A stretch of 64,000 bases of DNA from Phoronis australis (Eukaryota; Animalia; Phoronida), in contig NMRA01000375.1 of assembly GCA_002633005.1 (NCBI GenBank), positions 39,106-103,105 on the forward strand. The letters are read 5' to 3'. The translations under genes were made by a program, and so were the position numbers. Shown in pieces: positions 50,073 to 63,103 of the stretch; within the stretch, counting starts at the first letter, position 1; the number at the start of each line of letters is the position of its first letter. The notes under the pieces are model-generated. The model saw nothing but the letters and a program-made list of their open reading frames with translations, was not told where the DNA came from and did not search any database.

Positions 50073-51756
50073 TATAGCTTGCTTGGCTCTTTTGAGGATT
50101 TCTCAGGCTGCAAAATAATTGTAACATCAGCATTCAGTCTCATGAACCTAATTTTCAGTGCGAGGTGATAAGGGGCACGAAATTCGAGTTAGATGTCGCG
50201 GAATTGCCTCCCTTGTTTGGGGCGAGACAGCACAGCTGCTGCAGAAAATACGGGTGTCCTTCGCACAGACAAAATGAAAATTCTTCAATACATCACGAAA
50301 TATCTTGCAACTCAAAATGCAGAATCTTGCAACTCAACATGCAAAGACAACAAGTATTAAAGGTTTAAGATTACTTTTTGATTTACATATTTATTGGTGA
50401 CGTTTATGTGCGATAACTGAATTTCTGATTGTTACAGTATTCGTACTTATTTAGGCCTACGCATTTGTATCCGAATCCAGTGCTTTTTTAACAAAATGTT
50501 TCCTCAGGAGTTCGAATACAGGCACATGCGCCTTAAATTTCTGATATAGGCGCAGGTGGGTGTTTCGCGTAGGCCCGTCGTGAGAAAAAAAGGGCAAATT
50601 TTGTTTTAAAGACCTGGTCGCACGCGTTGTTAACCCTTATTACATGGTTAGAGGATGTTATAAGGATCCAAGAAGTACCTACCCCATAAGTAACACACAA
50701 TTCGTACTCGAAAAAAGTTTAAATGAACGCACCACTCACAATTTGTACCCGAAGAACCACCGCCATTTTGAACTTGCCGCGAACCCGGAAGTACAATTCA
50801 TTCAGGAACCCAGGCTAAGAAAACGGCCGTCAGTGTGGATGGACGAGTGCCTGTTACCAGCTTGCAAACGGGGATAAAATAATCGACAGCGCGCCTTAAT
50901 TTTAATAAAATCAAAATACGGACAACTTTATCGAATTTGCTGAAGAAATGTGGCGAATAAGTTTTGACAGAAATTATTTTGCTGGACTCGGGGCCGCAGC
51001 GTATCGGACCCGGTGCCGATCCAGACCAGACATTGACGAACGGTAAATGCATGCGGTTGCGAACTGTTTTTTCGAAGTAAAATGCTCAAATCATAAATAC
51101 CGCATATATTCAAAGATAGTTTCAGACACTTGCATGAAATTACGGACTGGTTAGTCCTGTGTCACACTGCCGCGGCAGACCTTAGCTAGCCTCAGTGCCA
51201 GCTACCAGTGAAGACTATCGTCAAAATACAGCTCGTTTGTACATGTAGGCCTATACAGCTTTGCGCCAAGGCTACCCTTAGGACAAACTGGTCGCTGGCC
51301 ACAACGCTCGCTCAAACGAGATTTATTTAGAACTTGGGTACTTCTGGCGAACTGTGCAAAGTTGTTGGCTTTCAATAGAGATTTGCCCAGACTTTGTATA
51401 AGCGCACCAAGCCTAAAAGAATGGGGGCTGGAATTTTTGGGAATGTCTATCTTTTACTATAAGATTCACTGGGTATGTTCAGAGCTATGAATTGCAGACG
51501 CTAAATTTTGGTACTTCCTGTCTTCTAGTGGAATATTGTCTTATTTTCTACTTTTTTCTGAATTCGTGCTTCTGTGACTGAGGCAGACCTTTTCCATTTC
51601 TCCAAATAAGGGGCTCGTTCGAGCACATAAGCATGACAAGTCCAATACAAAATGCTATCATTTTTATTCATTAACCCAAAATGATTCAAACTTTTAACAT
51701 AATAAGTAACTCAAAATATACAATACCTTACAACATTTAGCATTACAGACATTATT

Positions 51757-51957
51757 CAGCACGCACCCAGCCTTCAATATGGGGGGCTCGAATTCCCGGT
51801 GATGTGGGGCTTTTGCTAAAAAAAGAGTGGGCGGACTAAAAAAAAAACGGGTGCACCACTGTGCAGTGGACTTTTGTCCCATTTTCTCGGGCTTTTTGTC
51901 TCTCGGGGGCGGACCTTTTTGCCCACTTCGCCAAATGGGGGGGGGGTGCGCGGATGC
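51757..51957. mobile_element. MITE, inverted relative of 996-1254
   Basis: Shared gcacccagcct.aa.at, actaaaa.aaaacggg, cggacctt.t.cccacttcgccaaatggg. Confidence 0.65.
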
Positions 51958-53769
51958 AACAGCAAAAGTTTCCATGTTATGAAAGTGGACTTACATGTAG
52001 CTATTACCATGGTGACCGAATAGTGTTTCCTTACACCAGAATTTGACAAGCATGATTAAATAAATATGAAGTTGCAAGGAACAAGAATTGGAGGCTTGAA
52101 GCTTCACAATCCAACATAGCTTATTTCCCAAATTAAGATTATTCATATTGTTGACTTGATATCCTGAATTAAGAAGCAATAAGTTACAAAACATGACTTG
52201 AAAGCAATTGAGACTTAAAATTTAGAAAAAGATGAATCATTTTGTGACACCGAATCAAGCCTTGAACAGCAGTTGACAGTCAAACGAAAAACCAATTCAA
52301 AATTATTTCAACTATTTTTTAGCTTAGTGTAAGATCACCTGAATGGGAAATTCACAGTAAAATAATTCGAATAATATATCTTATATTTTTGCACAAAAAA
52401 CACGAAAATTGAACAAAGTTCCTTTTTTGTAGCAACGTTTGTCAAAATGTATCAACGTTAAATCTTCACAAATTACAAAGTAGCCGATTGAACCTGCCTT
52501 TCAGTTCAGCAAAAGTCGCCATGTTGTCGGTGCCGCCAGAAATGAGACGAAGTGCAACGGGAATTATGAGCACATTTATCACTTAATGAGTAACAACTGC
52601 GAGGCTGAAATTTGGTGAACACTGCTAAATCGTGCAGAATAGTAAGTAAAGATATGTCACCGTAATTTGTTGGCGAAAACAATTTACACAAAGTTTTAAA
52701 CTCGTAACTCATCCCGCTGTCCTCCAATATGGCCGACGCGATCCGAACAAAGTGACCCAAATTTCGCCACAAAAATTGCAATATCTTTACTATGCTTGCC
52801 CCGATTTTGATACTTTTTCGATTTTTTCTGAGTAGAATGCACTAACTTTCCGATGATAGCAAAATACTTTTTCAAATCGAGAAAAAAATCAAAACGAAAA
52901 AAATGGTTCGACCCGTATTGGTTCCTAGGTTCGACCGGCCTACGTAAGGAACTAAACACCAAAAATGCTATTTTACCATAATAAGTACGCGTAACATTCC
53001 AAAAAATTCAACGACCACTAACTACAAACTATAAATACACTGCATATGCAAACAAATTACGAGGTATTACTAATAAAACAAAATAATGAAGTCTTTTCGG
53101 GCAAGCGATAGCACATTCAGTTACAAGGAAAAAATGCAGCGTTCAGGACGAGTTCCTGAACTGATGAGACGGAAATGTGGGTACGGAAATAACCGATGAA
53201 AGCCGGTAATTATACGCTCACAGAGAAGGGTCAAATACGGTTAAAAAATCGCTTTTGGCAAAAAAGGCGAAAAGAATATAAAGAAAGGGTGTCGAAAATA
53301 AGATTTCATGTAGTAAGTATTTTCGGATACTGGAACCACATGGGCATTTTGCAACCAGGTCTTTAATGTTTTCGCATTAGCAATATACGAATAAAACTAG
53401 TATACAGAACCACACCAGTGGTGTTCGCCTATAATGTGAAAGGTTTTCAGGGAACGCAATTTTTGATATTAACGGGTTCTAGCCAAGACGTTCTTGTGTT
53501 TCTTTCAGATGACCGTTGTCATTGTTGAACTGTAGCCTGAATGTGTATGCCTCCGCACAAATAGACCTTTTTCTCTTCTATGAAAACGGTCACACAGTCA
53601 GCCAACCTGTGAGTCGACCAACTACCAACTCCTGAGCGTTAACCCAGATCATCACAAACATCTATCGTTCACTTACTCTTGACCTGGAACTCTAATCAAA
53701 TAAAATCACAACAAGATCAACATACTAATGAAAGTATGGATTGGGATTCCATAAATAGTGCTATTGGCA

Positions 53770-54070
53770 GGTATACTAATACATAAATGAAGTGGTTTGA
53801 TTATGGAATTATACATAACATTCTTCCAACAAATTTTTTTCTCAAAAAATTGGTATTGTAAACTCAAATCTGTGTTCGTTTTGCTGCGAAGTCCCAGAAT
53901 CAAATATACATTTGTTCTGGGAGTGTAGATATGTTAAAATTTTGTGGAACAAATTACCATTTTGGCTCGAGCAGATTTTTCACAACATTAATATTTCCGT
54001 AAAAGAGGTTTTGTTAGGTTTTTGCAATAGAAGTTTGTTTGTATATGATATCATATTTTGCTTGATTATA
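53770..54070 (+). pseudogene. L1/Tx1 LINE ORF2 C-terminal zinc-binding region relic
   Basis: IIHNILPTNFFLKK...NSNLCSFCCEVPESNIHLFWECRYVKILW (CxxC..E...HLFWEC). Confidence 0.75.
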
Positions 54071-54094
54071 TATAGGGAGAAATTTATGGAATCT

Positions 54095-54700
54095 GTACCA
54101 GCAACTTCTACCGCTTATGGATGAGCCACCCTACTGAAACCGACGGCGGACCCAAACGCAGAACATGTGGCACGCCATATTCCCGTACCTGTCCCACTTC
54201 ATTTGCAAGATGGTATAAAGGACGGACTGTATCAGGATGTCAGGCTTGGCGTCCTCGAGCCAGTGCCTGTTGGTGTGCCTGTCACCTGGTGTCACATGAC
54301 TCCAGCGACTAACAGTCTCTTTCCGGCCGATCAACGAACACGTAACGCGGGAAACCCCTTACACCCCGTTACCATTTCACCAGGCCAAACCAGTCACGCA
54401 CAATAAACGAAAACCATTTTCGATGCCTGGAATAACTATCATAGCGTACCAATCAGAGAGGAAGGCCGTCACCTCACACAATTTATTACACCTTGGGGTT
54501 GTTACCGCTAGAAAACAACTCCCTGAGGTTACACAGCACCTGCAGATGGTTACACTAGACGCTTTGACGGGATAGTATCCCACATACCCAATTACACCAA
54601 ATGTGTTGATGACGCACTCCTGTGGTCTGATTCTCTCGAAGGAAGTTTGTTGCAAGCACTTCAATGGCTTGACATATGTGGGGACAGTGGAATAGTACAG
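54095..54700 (+). pseudogene. Gypsy-type reverse transcriptase relic
   Basis: PVPVPLH..QDVRLGVLEPVP..PVTWCH; KTIFDAWNNYHSVPI..RHLTQFITPWG.YR*..P*GY...DGYTRRFD..TKCVDDALLW with in-frame stops. Confidence 0.85.
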
Positions 54701-56529
54701 GCAAATTCAAGACGAAATCGAGTTTGCTGCAAAGTTTTGTTCTTACCGTGATTGCTTGTATCCAGGCCCAATGCGCCTATATTAGAACCTATCCCCAGAT
54801 TTGTAATTAGGCAAAAGTGCTTATATGTCAACAAACTTAGTAAAATCGTGCTTGAAATTGATGTTCTGGCGCACCCCATCGTGTACAAGAAATACATACT
54901 GCTATTTAGCTCGCTAAATGCAATGAAGATTCTTGAAAGATATAGGCTCGCTCAGTTCATGTACGCCTAGAACCCCTGTAAGCCTCTGTATTCGTGTGCA
55001 TTTAGATAAGCATAGGCTTCTGATAACATCTACCGGTATTAGGAATTTCCAAAAAATCCATTCCATGAACAGCATCCCTGAAGGAAAAGTCATTCACAAG
55101 AAGAAATTTACATTGAACCGAGTTTTAGAAAGCTTTTAGTGTATTTTAAAAAAATCTACTCATGAAGTGAAATTTTCAACTCAATTATGCATTTTTGCCC
55201 AATAATTTAATCCTTTAGACCTTGCGTTTGCGACGATGAAGTTGTTATGTTGGGTTGAAAAAATGTCGTTGCTCATGGAAATTGTTGTTTTTGCGTGTTG
55301 ATGAAGTGACACTACTGGTTTTTACCTTGAATACATAATATTCTGGTGTCATAGACTAGGCATGCAGTTATGCCTAGCATCCAAAGAATAACTTGTTTTT
55401 GAAAAAAACGCCCTTATTGCCGTCAGCATTTTCTCAGAAACAGCACTCGCTCTTTCGGATCTTTCTGAAATCAATGCAGGTGTTGATTCAAATTAGAATA
55501 AAAAAACTAAATAAGCAAACAGACAAAAAAGATCAGCTCACATTTTTAGAAGGTGAAATATCAAATAAACTCAACCCAGTTCACCAAAATGTTTTAAGCC
55601 AATTTTAGAAATGACTTTCGGATATTGGCGGAGTGCGCTTTCCCATAGTGCATGGTATTAAAATTGCATTTACTTGCCTTGTTAATGAAATTATATCACC
55701 TTGACATACATTTTCGCGTTAGTAAGTCTGCAAGTTATAGTCAAAACCCATAACCAGATTTTAACATACCTTTTCTTTTGGTCATTCCAAATATCACCCC
55801 CACACGCAGCACCTTACAGGCGTGTTGCTGAGAAATCTCCTCCGAAAACCAAAAAAAATTACCAGCAACCCTTGCACATAAAGAGGTCTATGTAAGCCTA
55901 AGTCATTAGCAACAATCACTATTTCTCGGTCCAAATAGATGGCCAGAATTATAACATAATTGTGTTGCGCCGACATCATGAACATCACTTGTAATCACAA
56001 TTTTGCAGACATGGCTCGCGTAGGCTATAGACGCATGTTCCTTATTCCTGCTCCGGGGCAGGTGCATGGACCTAAAAAGGTATTGTACCGTTATTTTTGC
56101 CAATTATTAAAAATAAATGGTGTAAGAAATTGTTAGCATCAGTGGCGTCAATCTCAAATGATGAAAGCAGGAATAAACTAACAAATCTTACTCCCTACAC
56201 GTATGTCACAGACTGTATAATGCGATGTTTAGTGGGTGGTCTTCCGCCACAGTTGCCTTGTATTCTCTAAAGGCGCAGGTCACGCTTGAATTTTTTCCAC
56301 GCTGCTGAAGGCTGTTGGAGAATATAGAGCATTATTTTGTTTCATACTTGAAGAATTTTGTGGACAAGTTGTTCATAATAATTATTAATACAGCAAATGC
56401 CGGTTTGATATTCTTTGAAGCTGACTTTCAGCTCACTGTGCCTCAGTATTTATAGTCTCTTACAATGCTCTGGAACTTTTCTCCAATTCAAGCACATTTT
56501 AGAACTTTTCGGAATCTACTCAATCATTC

Positions 56530-56880
56530 TAGAAACATATACTGGTTCTAGAATGTTCCTGACTGTATTCATCAAACAGTGATAGACTCAGTGGTAATTC
56601 CGTACACCTGTTACTAATTTTAGAGATAGTCATATCAGCTTCATTACCGTGACGTGCCAGAGTTTTAGTCGCTTTGGACCAAACTAATCTTGGTGTAAAA
56701 AATATTCCAAGATATTTATATTGGGAGACGACCTCCACTAATTGATTTCCATGATCCCGTTTCTCATACCCTCTGAGTGGCCCTCCCTTACTAAAAAACA
56801 GTGATCTTTGTTTTCTGATTTACACTCATGGCCCAAGACGAAGAACAGTCAAAAAGTCGGTTAACCCTTCTCGAGTCCCC
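56530..56880 (-). pseudogene. Non-LTR retrotransposon RT C-terminal relic (CR1/RTE-like)
   Basis: EVVSQYKYLGIFFTPRLVWS motif. Confidence 0.6.
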
Positions 56881-57399
56881 ACACGTTGTCATAATTTGCC
56901 GCACATAGATTTCAATACTTAAATACGTTACCATGGACACCAAGTTTTTTGTAACCTGTACCATAGTAGCATGTGAGGAACTCTGTCAAACGCCTTCGGA
57001 TAGTCGATTCGTGATCAGACACATCAAAAATATAAATGTAACAAAATTTATGGATCGCCAGTAAGCTACTAATTGACAGAATACGCTGATGACAATTTCT
57101 TCATCTTAGATGATCCGGGTAATGTATTTATACAGTTCACTTTGTATGTTCTAAACATTTATTTGCCAATATCTCTGGCCTCAGAGTCAATGTTGAAATG
57201 ACAAAGCCATTTGTTTCATAGTAAGGTTAATAGTGCTGAAAAATGAGCTTACATGATATGGCGGATCAGATTGCTTCGGCGTTTTTACTCATGAGGATTC
57301 CCGATTACTCGTGACGAATACAAACTCACCGTGCGCCATGTCTCTAATATTTCTTTTCGCGTTATAAAAATCTGTCTACGTTTCATTACCGCAGACAGA

Positions 57400-57940
57400 C
57401 ATGTTTGAGTGTAAAATTGCTTCAAAAATTGAGAACAACATACTTACCAAATTGTCGCAATTAAGTTCGTGTCAGTCTGTAGAAACAATGTGTTCGTCTT
57501 TTTTATAATGTATCAAACAGCGTATATCCCGTATTGGAAACAAACTTAATCGATTCGAACCTTCTCATAAACCTGACAAATTATTCATTCACTGACGGAT
57601 AATTGAAATAGGTATGCACTATGAAAACGACTTAATTACCGACTTGTCGCAATTCAGTTTTTGCCATTCTGTAGAAACAAGGTGTTCGTCATTTGTAGAC
57701 TCTATCAAACAGCGGATTACCCGCATCTTTGGAGCTCATCTTAATCGATTCGAACCTACTCGTAAACCTGACAAATTATTCTGTCACTGGCGGATAATCA
57801 AAATATGCATGCATTACGAAAACCGACTTGTCACATTTAACTTTTTGATAGTCTTTATGAACAGGGTAATTATCATTAAATATGTTATCAACCAAGCAGC
57901 GATTATCCCGTATTGAAATTTGATTTAATCAATTCGAACT
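57400..57940. repeat. Diverged ~190-bp tandem repeat, ~3 copies
   Basis: Recurring ttgtcgcaatt...ctgtagaaacaa.gtgttcgtc...ttaatcgattcgaacct...taaacctgacaaattattc. Confidence 0.85.
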
Positions 57941-60349
57941 TCAAATGGCGCTCTTGGGTGTATGTAGGGGTGGTTGTTCTCCGCGTTGTTATAACTCTCA
58001 CTGCTTATATGTAAATGTATGGGTCACGTGGGCTTTGTTTATTCTAGCTATTTTCAGGTAAATTACCATTGTGTTTCTCGTGATTGTGGCCCGCTGTGCG
58101 TTTGGAGTTCTTGTTGAGTGAGGTAAAGTAGTGGTGTCGAGGACTCCGGTGTTTTTTTTTTCGTTTAATTTCTATCCCAAATTCAGGATCAGTGGAATTC
58201 ACCGTTTCATTTAGTATCAAAGCTAATTTTATTGTCAAACGGTTTCCCAATAAAAGAGTAGAATTTTGACGGTCTTATGGTCTTGCGGCGATGCACCCTT
58301 CGATGATCCTTTAAAAACATGACAACCATGCAAAATACCAACCTGAGCAGTACATGAATAACAAAATGATAACTTCTATAGGTTACACATTTAAAATGCC
58401 AAAGCGTGAGTGCATCTCAACTTGAAACTTCATTTTTCAAACAGATTAATTATGTTTAGTTCCCATATTAACTTATCAACAGTGATGCTATATGTTTGGT
58501 AACAGCCGATATTTAAGGGGAAAATACATATTTTGGGAAGCACTTATAAGGGTCTTCGCCTTGTAAACTGATGGGTTCTGTTATTAATAAAATAGGTGTG
58601 GAAGGGCAGAGTGGCCTGTACAAAATTTCGAAAAGGATTGAGTAATAAATGAAAACTAGCACCTTCGTCAAACTTCTCCAGCCCCGTATTAGCCCAACCG
58701 AAACTACAAAGCAAAAGTGTCAAGAGATGTGACCTGCCTAACCTTTAAATACATGTAAGATACGCCCTTTGTCTTTGAGAAGGTCACATTCATACGTTAT
58801 TGTTCTTTAATAATGATGTGGCTACTCGCAGGATCCTGCATTTTGAGAACTACTGAGATTTCTTCATTGATTAATCGACGTCAAGCTGGTTGCATCCCTC
58901 ACGTGATTTTGGGTGATCTCGTTTTTCTCACAAGAAACTTGGTCTAATGAACGCTGCCCAAGTGTGCTTGCACTCAACCTTAGGCTGTTGCCGCTCTTCT
59001 ACTGGTCTGTGTTCTTGTGGTCTTGCTAGCTGACTAGAGTACAATCACTGGCGAAAAGGGGCTTTTCTTATTGTAGTGAAAATGCCCGGATAATTTTACA
59101 ATTCAAGTCTTCAGTTTCAAAATTGTCAGCAAGTAGTATTGAACCCACGACCACAAGAAAGGTCCCTGCAATCAGAACAACATTACACTCACTTTCAGTC
59201 ACAACCTTGACACTGCAGATTTTACTCTACTCGACGACTCGAGCACCTGAGTGTGTAATTTACAACGATTGCTATCAAATTCGGTACCTAATTTCCCAAG
59301 TATTGGTTTCATCTAGTTCTAAGCGCAATCGTCAGATTGCTCAGCCCATCTTGGGAGCATTCTCATCACTAAAAATCGTCAAGAAACGAATAAATTTCCT
59401 CACTAATGCGAAGTTCTCTTCTTCGAAGCCGGACCAACCCTCCAAGAGAGGACCCGTCTGAAAAGAGACTTCTCAATATGAAAAGCTATATCAATGATTA
59501 ACAATGAACAAAATACCAGTTGCATGTATCACGGAGTAACCGTCCAAGACGTGACCTTCCTTAAGATAAAATGTACGATTTCACAAAAATAGAGAAAGAT
59601 TAAATCTATTTCAACTTTGCCCCTCCTCCTCTGTGAGCGGGAAGGGTGTAAATAAAAAACAGAAGATGACTATGGATCAACAGGTGTCCTTCTAGTACTG
59701 GAACCCTACCTATGAAAGGATACATGGTTTCAAAAACAAGAAGTGAGCAGCAGTTGATGCTATCATCGAGGTCGCTCAGATTCTCAATCTATACCTAGCG
59801 AAATACAACAAAAAACGAAAAGCAGTAAGAGACAGATGAATCCATTATCCCTTGCCAGAGAGGGGTCCCAGGAGAAACACAGCTTTATATTCCCTAAAAT
59901 CAGTTTTATAAAATTTAAAAATATGAATCAATTCCCTCTGGATGATATGTGCTTAATATTTTTCGGACTTTTTATGTATGCACGCGTACGAGTGGTTGTC
60001 AAGCCTGTTTAGACGATCTATACTGCAAAGCCTAGAGGCCCCCTAACAAAAATGGCTTAACAATGGTAGTTGAGAACTGTTTTCTTAATACTCTTTTATG
60101 TGTCCTTCCTTTCTTGCCTGCCCCCAGGCCTACGCCTATGCGGGTCGCCGCGCTTTCACCCTGGTGCTTGCAAATTATTTGGAGCACGTGCTCCTCCCCA
60201 CCCCGTACTCTACCTTCATGCTGCCCTAAAACGTCATATATATACACAAATGATTGCGGAACAGTGGTCATCCAACGCGGCACCGCTAGGAGACGTAAAC
60301 GAACGATCTGTAGAAATAGTTTCTTTTTTGTAGTATTTCAATCAGCCAA

Positions 60350-61049
60350 GGGCCCGTTTCATAAAACCTTTTCTGTTTTAACTTAGACCGAAATCGGACT
60401 AACTTAAAAAACTAAAATGAAAATGTCTTATCCCAGTTTCATGGGCTAAGATCGCAACTTTCTAAGCTAAGACCGAAAGTTAGCCTGCTACGGAACAGGC
60501 TTAGGACAATTCTCATGGTAAACTGTTGAAGGACAAACTTCGTTGATATTTTTTACAATCTAGGGTCCCTAAACATAGTCAAATTGAAGATCGTCTGCTT
60601 TCGATTCTAGACTGGCAAAGGCCGTAGAGAAAACAAAGATACTATAAAATGTTTGGAGAAAATGCTGTGCGACGTACCCGCACATTTGAAAAGGTATTTT
60701 CCAGCCATACCAGAGTCAAGCAAACTGTCTCTTAATTGTATGTAAACAAGTCCCCAGTAAAAGTTTCAAGTCCAAGAATATTCTTGAAACCGTATTTCAC
60801 ACACCGCCTCCCTCAGTTTTGTGAATCTGCAACAGGTAGCGAAGGCGTAGTTTGTATGCTCACCTCTGTCAAAAGCCGACTTAATTTCTATTTAAGTTAG
60901 ATCGAATACCAAAATCCGACTTGGAGTTCACGAAACGGTGTTTTCTGAATGTTCAGTTTCGGTTTTAAATTAGTCTGAATTTCGGTCTTAAAAATTTTTT
61001 GGTCTTTTAAATCTTCTCAAGCCTTAGTCAGTTTTCATGAAACGGGCCC
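60350..61049. mobile_element. PIF/Harbinger-like MITE
   Basis: gggcccgtttcata / tcatgaaacgggccc TIRs, flanks caa/cag; second copy at ~61640-62223; related TIR family at ~5785-6120 and ~62225-62545. Confidence 0.75.
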
Positions 61050-61639
61050 CAGAAGTTCAATTTACAAAAAATGTACTTGAACAAGTAGCACCTATTTAAA
61101 ATCAATCCCAGTTTATCGAGCGGACGATCGCCTGCCTCGCACTTTCTGGGTTCTGGATTGGTAGACTCGTAGACCTATCTCGCAAATTTACGCATCGATT
61201 CTCACCATCTGTAAAAATGTCAATATTTGATCAGCGCACTTGTACCAAATAAAGTTATCCAGCAGATAAGGACGTGCGAGAAATGGTAAGGACGGGGGTT
61301 GTGAGTGCCTGGTTGTGAGAGGAAGGACAGACCGTTCATTCATTTTGTGGCCTCAAATCTTGTTACTAAATGTCATTGCCGTGTCGGATCTCAAACGCTA
61401 AAAAGATGTTCACTTTTATTTGCCGAAAAAGTTTCAAAGATGCACACCCGATCAAAAAGAAGAACTTTAAATTTCTGGTTAAAAATAAATTCAGTTCCAG
61501 TAAATATATGACTCCACCCTCATTACACACAGTCGCTAGGTATTAGTAACGGTGTCAACTTGAAAAGTTGATACTCCATCGTCTTCACGTTTTAATGGTG
61601 TGCTTGTAATCAAACAATCGTTCTACTTTCACAACACTA

Positions 61640-62223
61640 GGGCCTATTTCATGAAACGTTTTCTGTCTTAACTTAGTCCCAAGTTAGGCTAACTTAAGAC
61701 CAAAATTTCTTAGGCCCGTTTCATGAAATTTCTTAAGGCCAGAATTAACACAAAAAGATTGGAGTTTTGGTTTAAAATGAGAAAAGTTTAGGACAATAAA
61801 TTTCGTTGATATTTTTCGCAAACTAATGTCCCTAAACAGTGTCAAACTGAAAATCGTCTGCTTTCGATTCGAGGTTTAGCAAAGACCGTAGAGACAATGC
61901 ATTGCGACATGTGAAATGATATTTTCCAGTCATTCCAGCGTCTTCTCAATCAAACGAGGTCCCAATTGCATCCAAAATGTAAATAAATCGCCATTTAGAG
62001 TTTATTCTTGAGAACGTACTGCACGCATCGTTAGTTTTGTGAATAAACAACAGGTGGCGGAAGCGTTGTTTGTATGTTTACCTCTGTCAAAAACCGACTT
62101 AATTCCAAACTCCAACTTTGTGTTCATGAAGCGGTCTAAATTTTCACCTTCGGTCCCGAATTTTGGTCTTAACATAGACAAATTGTGATCTTACGTCTTA
62201 AGTCACTTTTCAAGAAACGGGTC
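61640..62223. mobile_element. PIF/Harbinger-like MITE, second copy
   Basis: gggcctatttcatgaaa ... tttcaagaaacgggtc; collinear internal similarity to 60350-61049. Confidence 0.7.
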
Positions 62224-62900
62224 TTACATTTTAAGATGAAGCCCGATCCAAGAAAACGATCTTGAATTCGACTAACTTGCCGAATGTGGAAGTTTCAAAG
62301 TCGAGACAAATCTAAGACTCAAGTAAAAATGAACTTAAGTCAGTTTCTTGGAACAGGCCCCTGTGCCCGGTTGCATGAAACAGTCACAAAACGTTCTCTG
62401 GTTAAATCTACTGTGTACTTGAGGGCTTGTGAAAACACTGATTGTCCTTTCTTATGCTGTTGGAGTATCATTACTAAGCAAATTTTGATGAGTTGAAATC
62501 CCATTATCATTGAAAATAAATAGGGACTTTTTCATGCAACGCCTCTAACTTAAGGACTAAGGCCCCTAATTATTTTGATTGGTTAAGGGCTCAATTTTTA
62601 GTTATATTATTAGAAAATGTCATTAGTCAAAGAAAAGCCCATAATAAAGAAAAAACATAGAAAACGATTCATCTGTGAGAAAAGAACGAACCAAATACGC
62701 AAAATATTTTGGGACTTAGTTGAGTCCCTATTTGCGACTGTTTCACACAACCGGCAACTGATTTCTAGACTAAAACAAGGTGGTGACGTACACTCACTTA
62801 CTCAAGTACACGGACTGGATCGTCAGTCAGACGCCAACGTTAGTTGCACGTGGCACGCGACAGGATACTCATGCAGAGAATAGATGCAAGTTTTCCAACA

Positions 62901-63103
62901 ATGACGTTACTCAGCGTGTTCTTAGTGTTGTTCATAAGTTGTGTTCAAAGTACAAAAGTGAAAGATATAAAGATCGGCCTTGTTGGAACAAAAGATCAGT
63001 TGCTGGGAAAAATGGCTTACTTGACATCCGCCAGCGCAACATCACTAGCTCTGGAGAAGGCGACAGACGATGGAATTATAAGACAAGCGCACTACAATAT
63101 TAG
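62901..63103 (+). CDS. First coding exon of a receptor guanylate cyclase / natriuretic-peptide-receptor-like protein (extracellular periplasmic-binding-type domain)
   Basis: ACA-ATG; signal peptide MTLLSVFLVLFISCVQS, then IKIGLV...MAYLTSASATSLALEKATDDGII...YNI, the typical N-terminal pattern of this domain. The donor (AG|gttgaa) is weak, so the exon end is uncertain. Confidence 0.65.
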
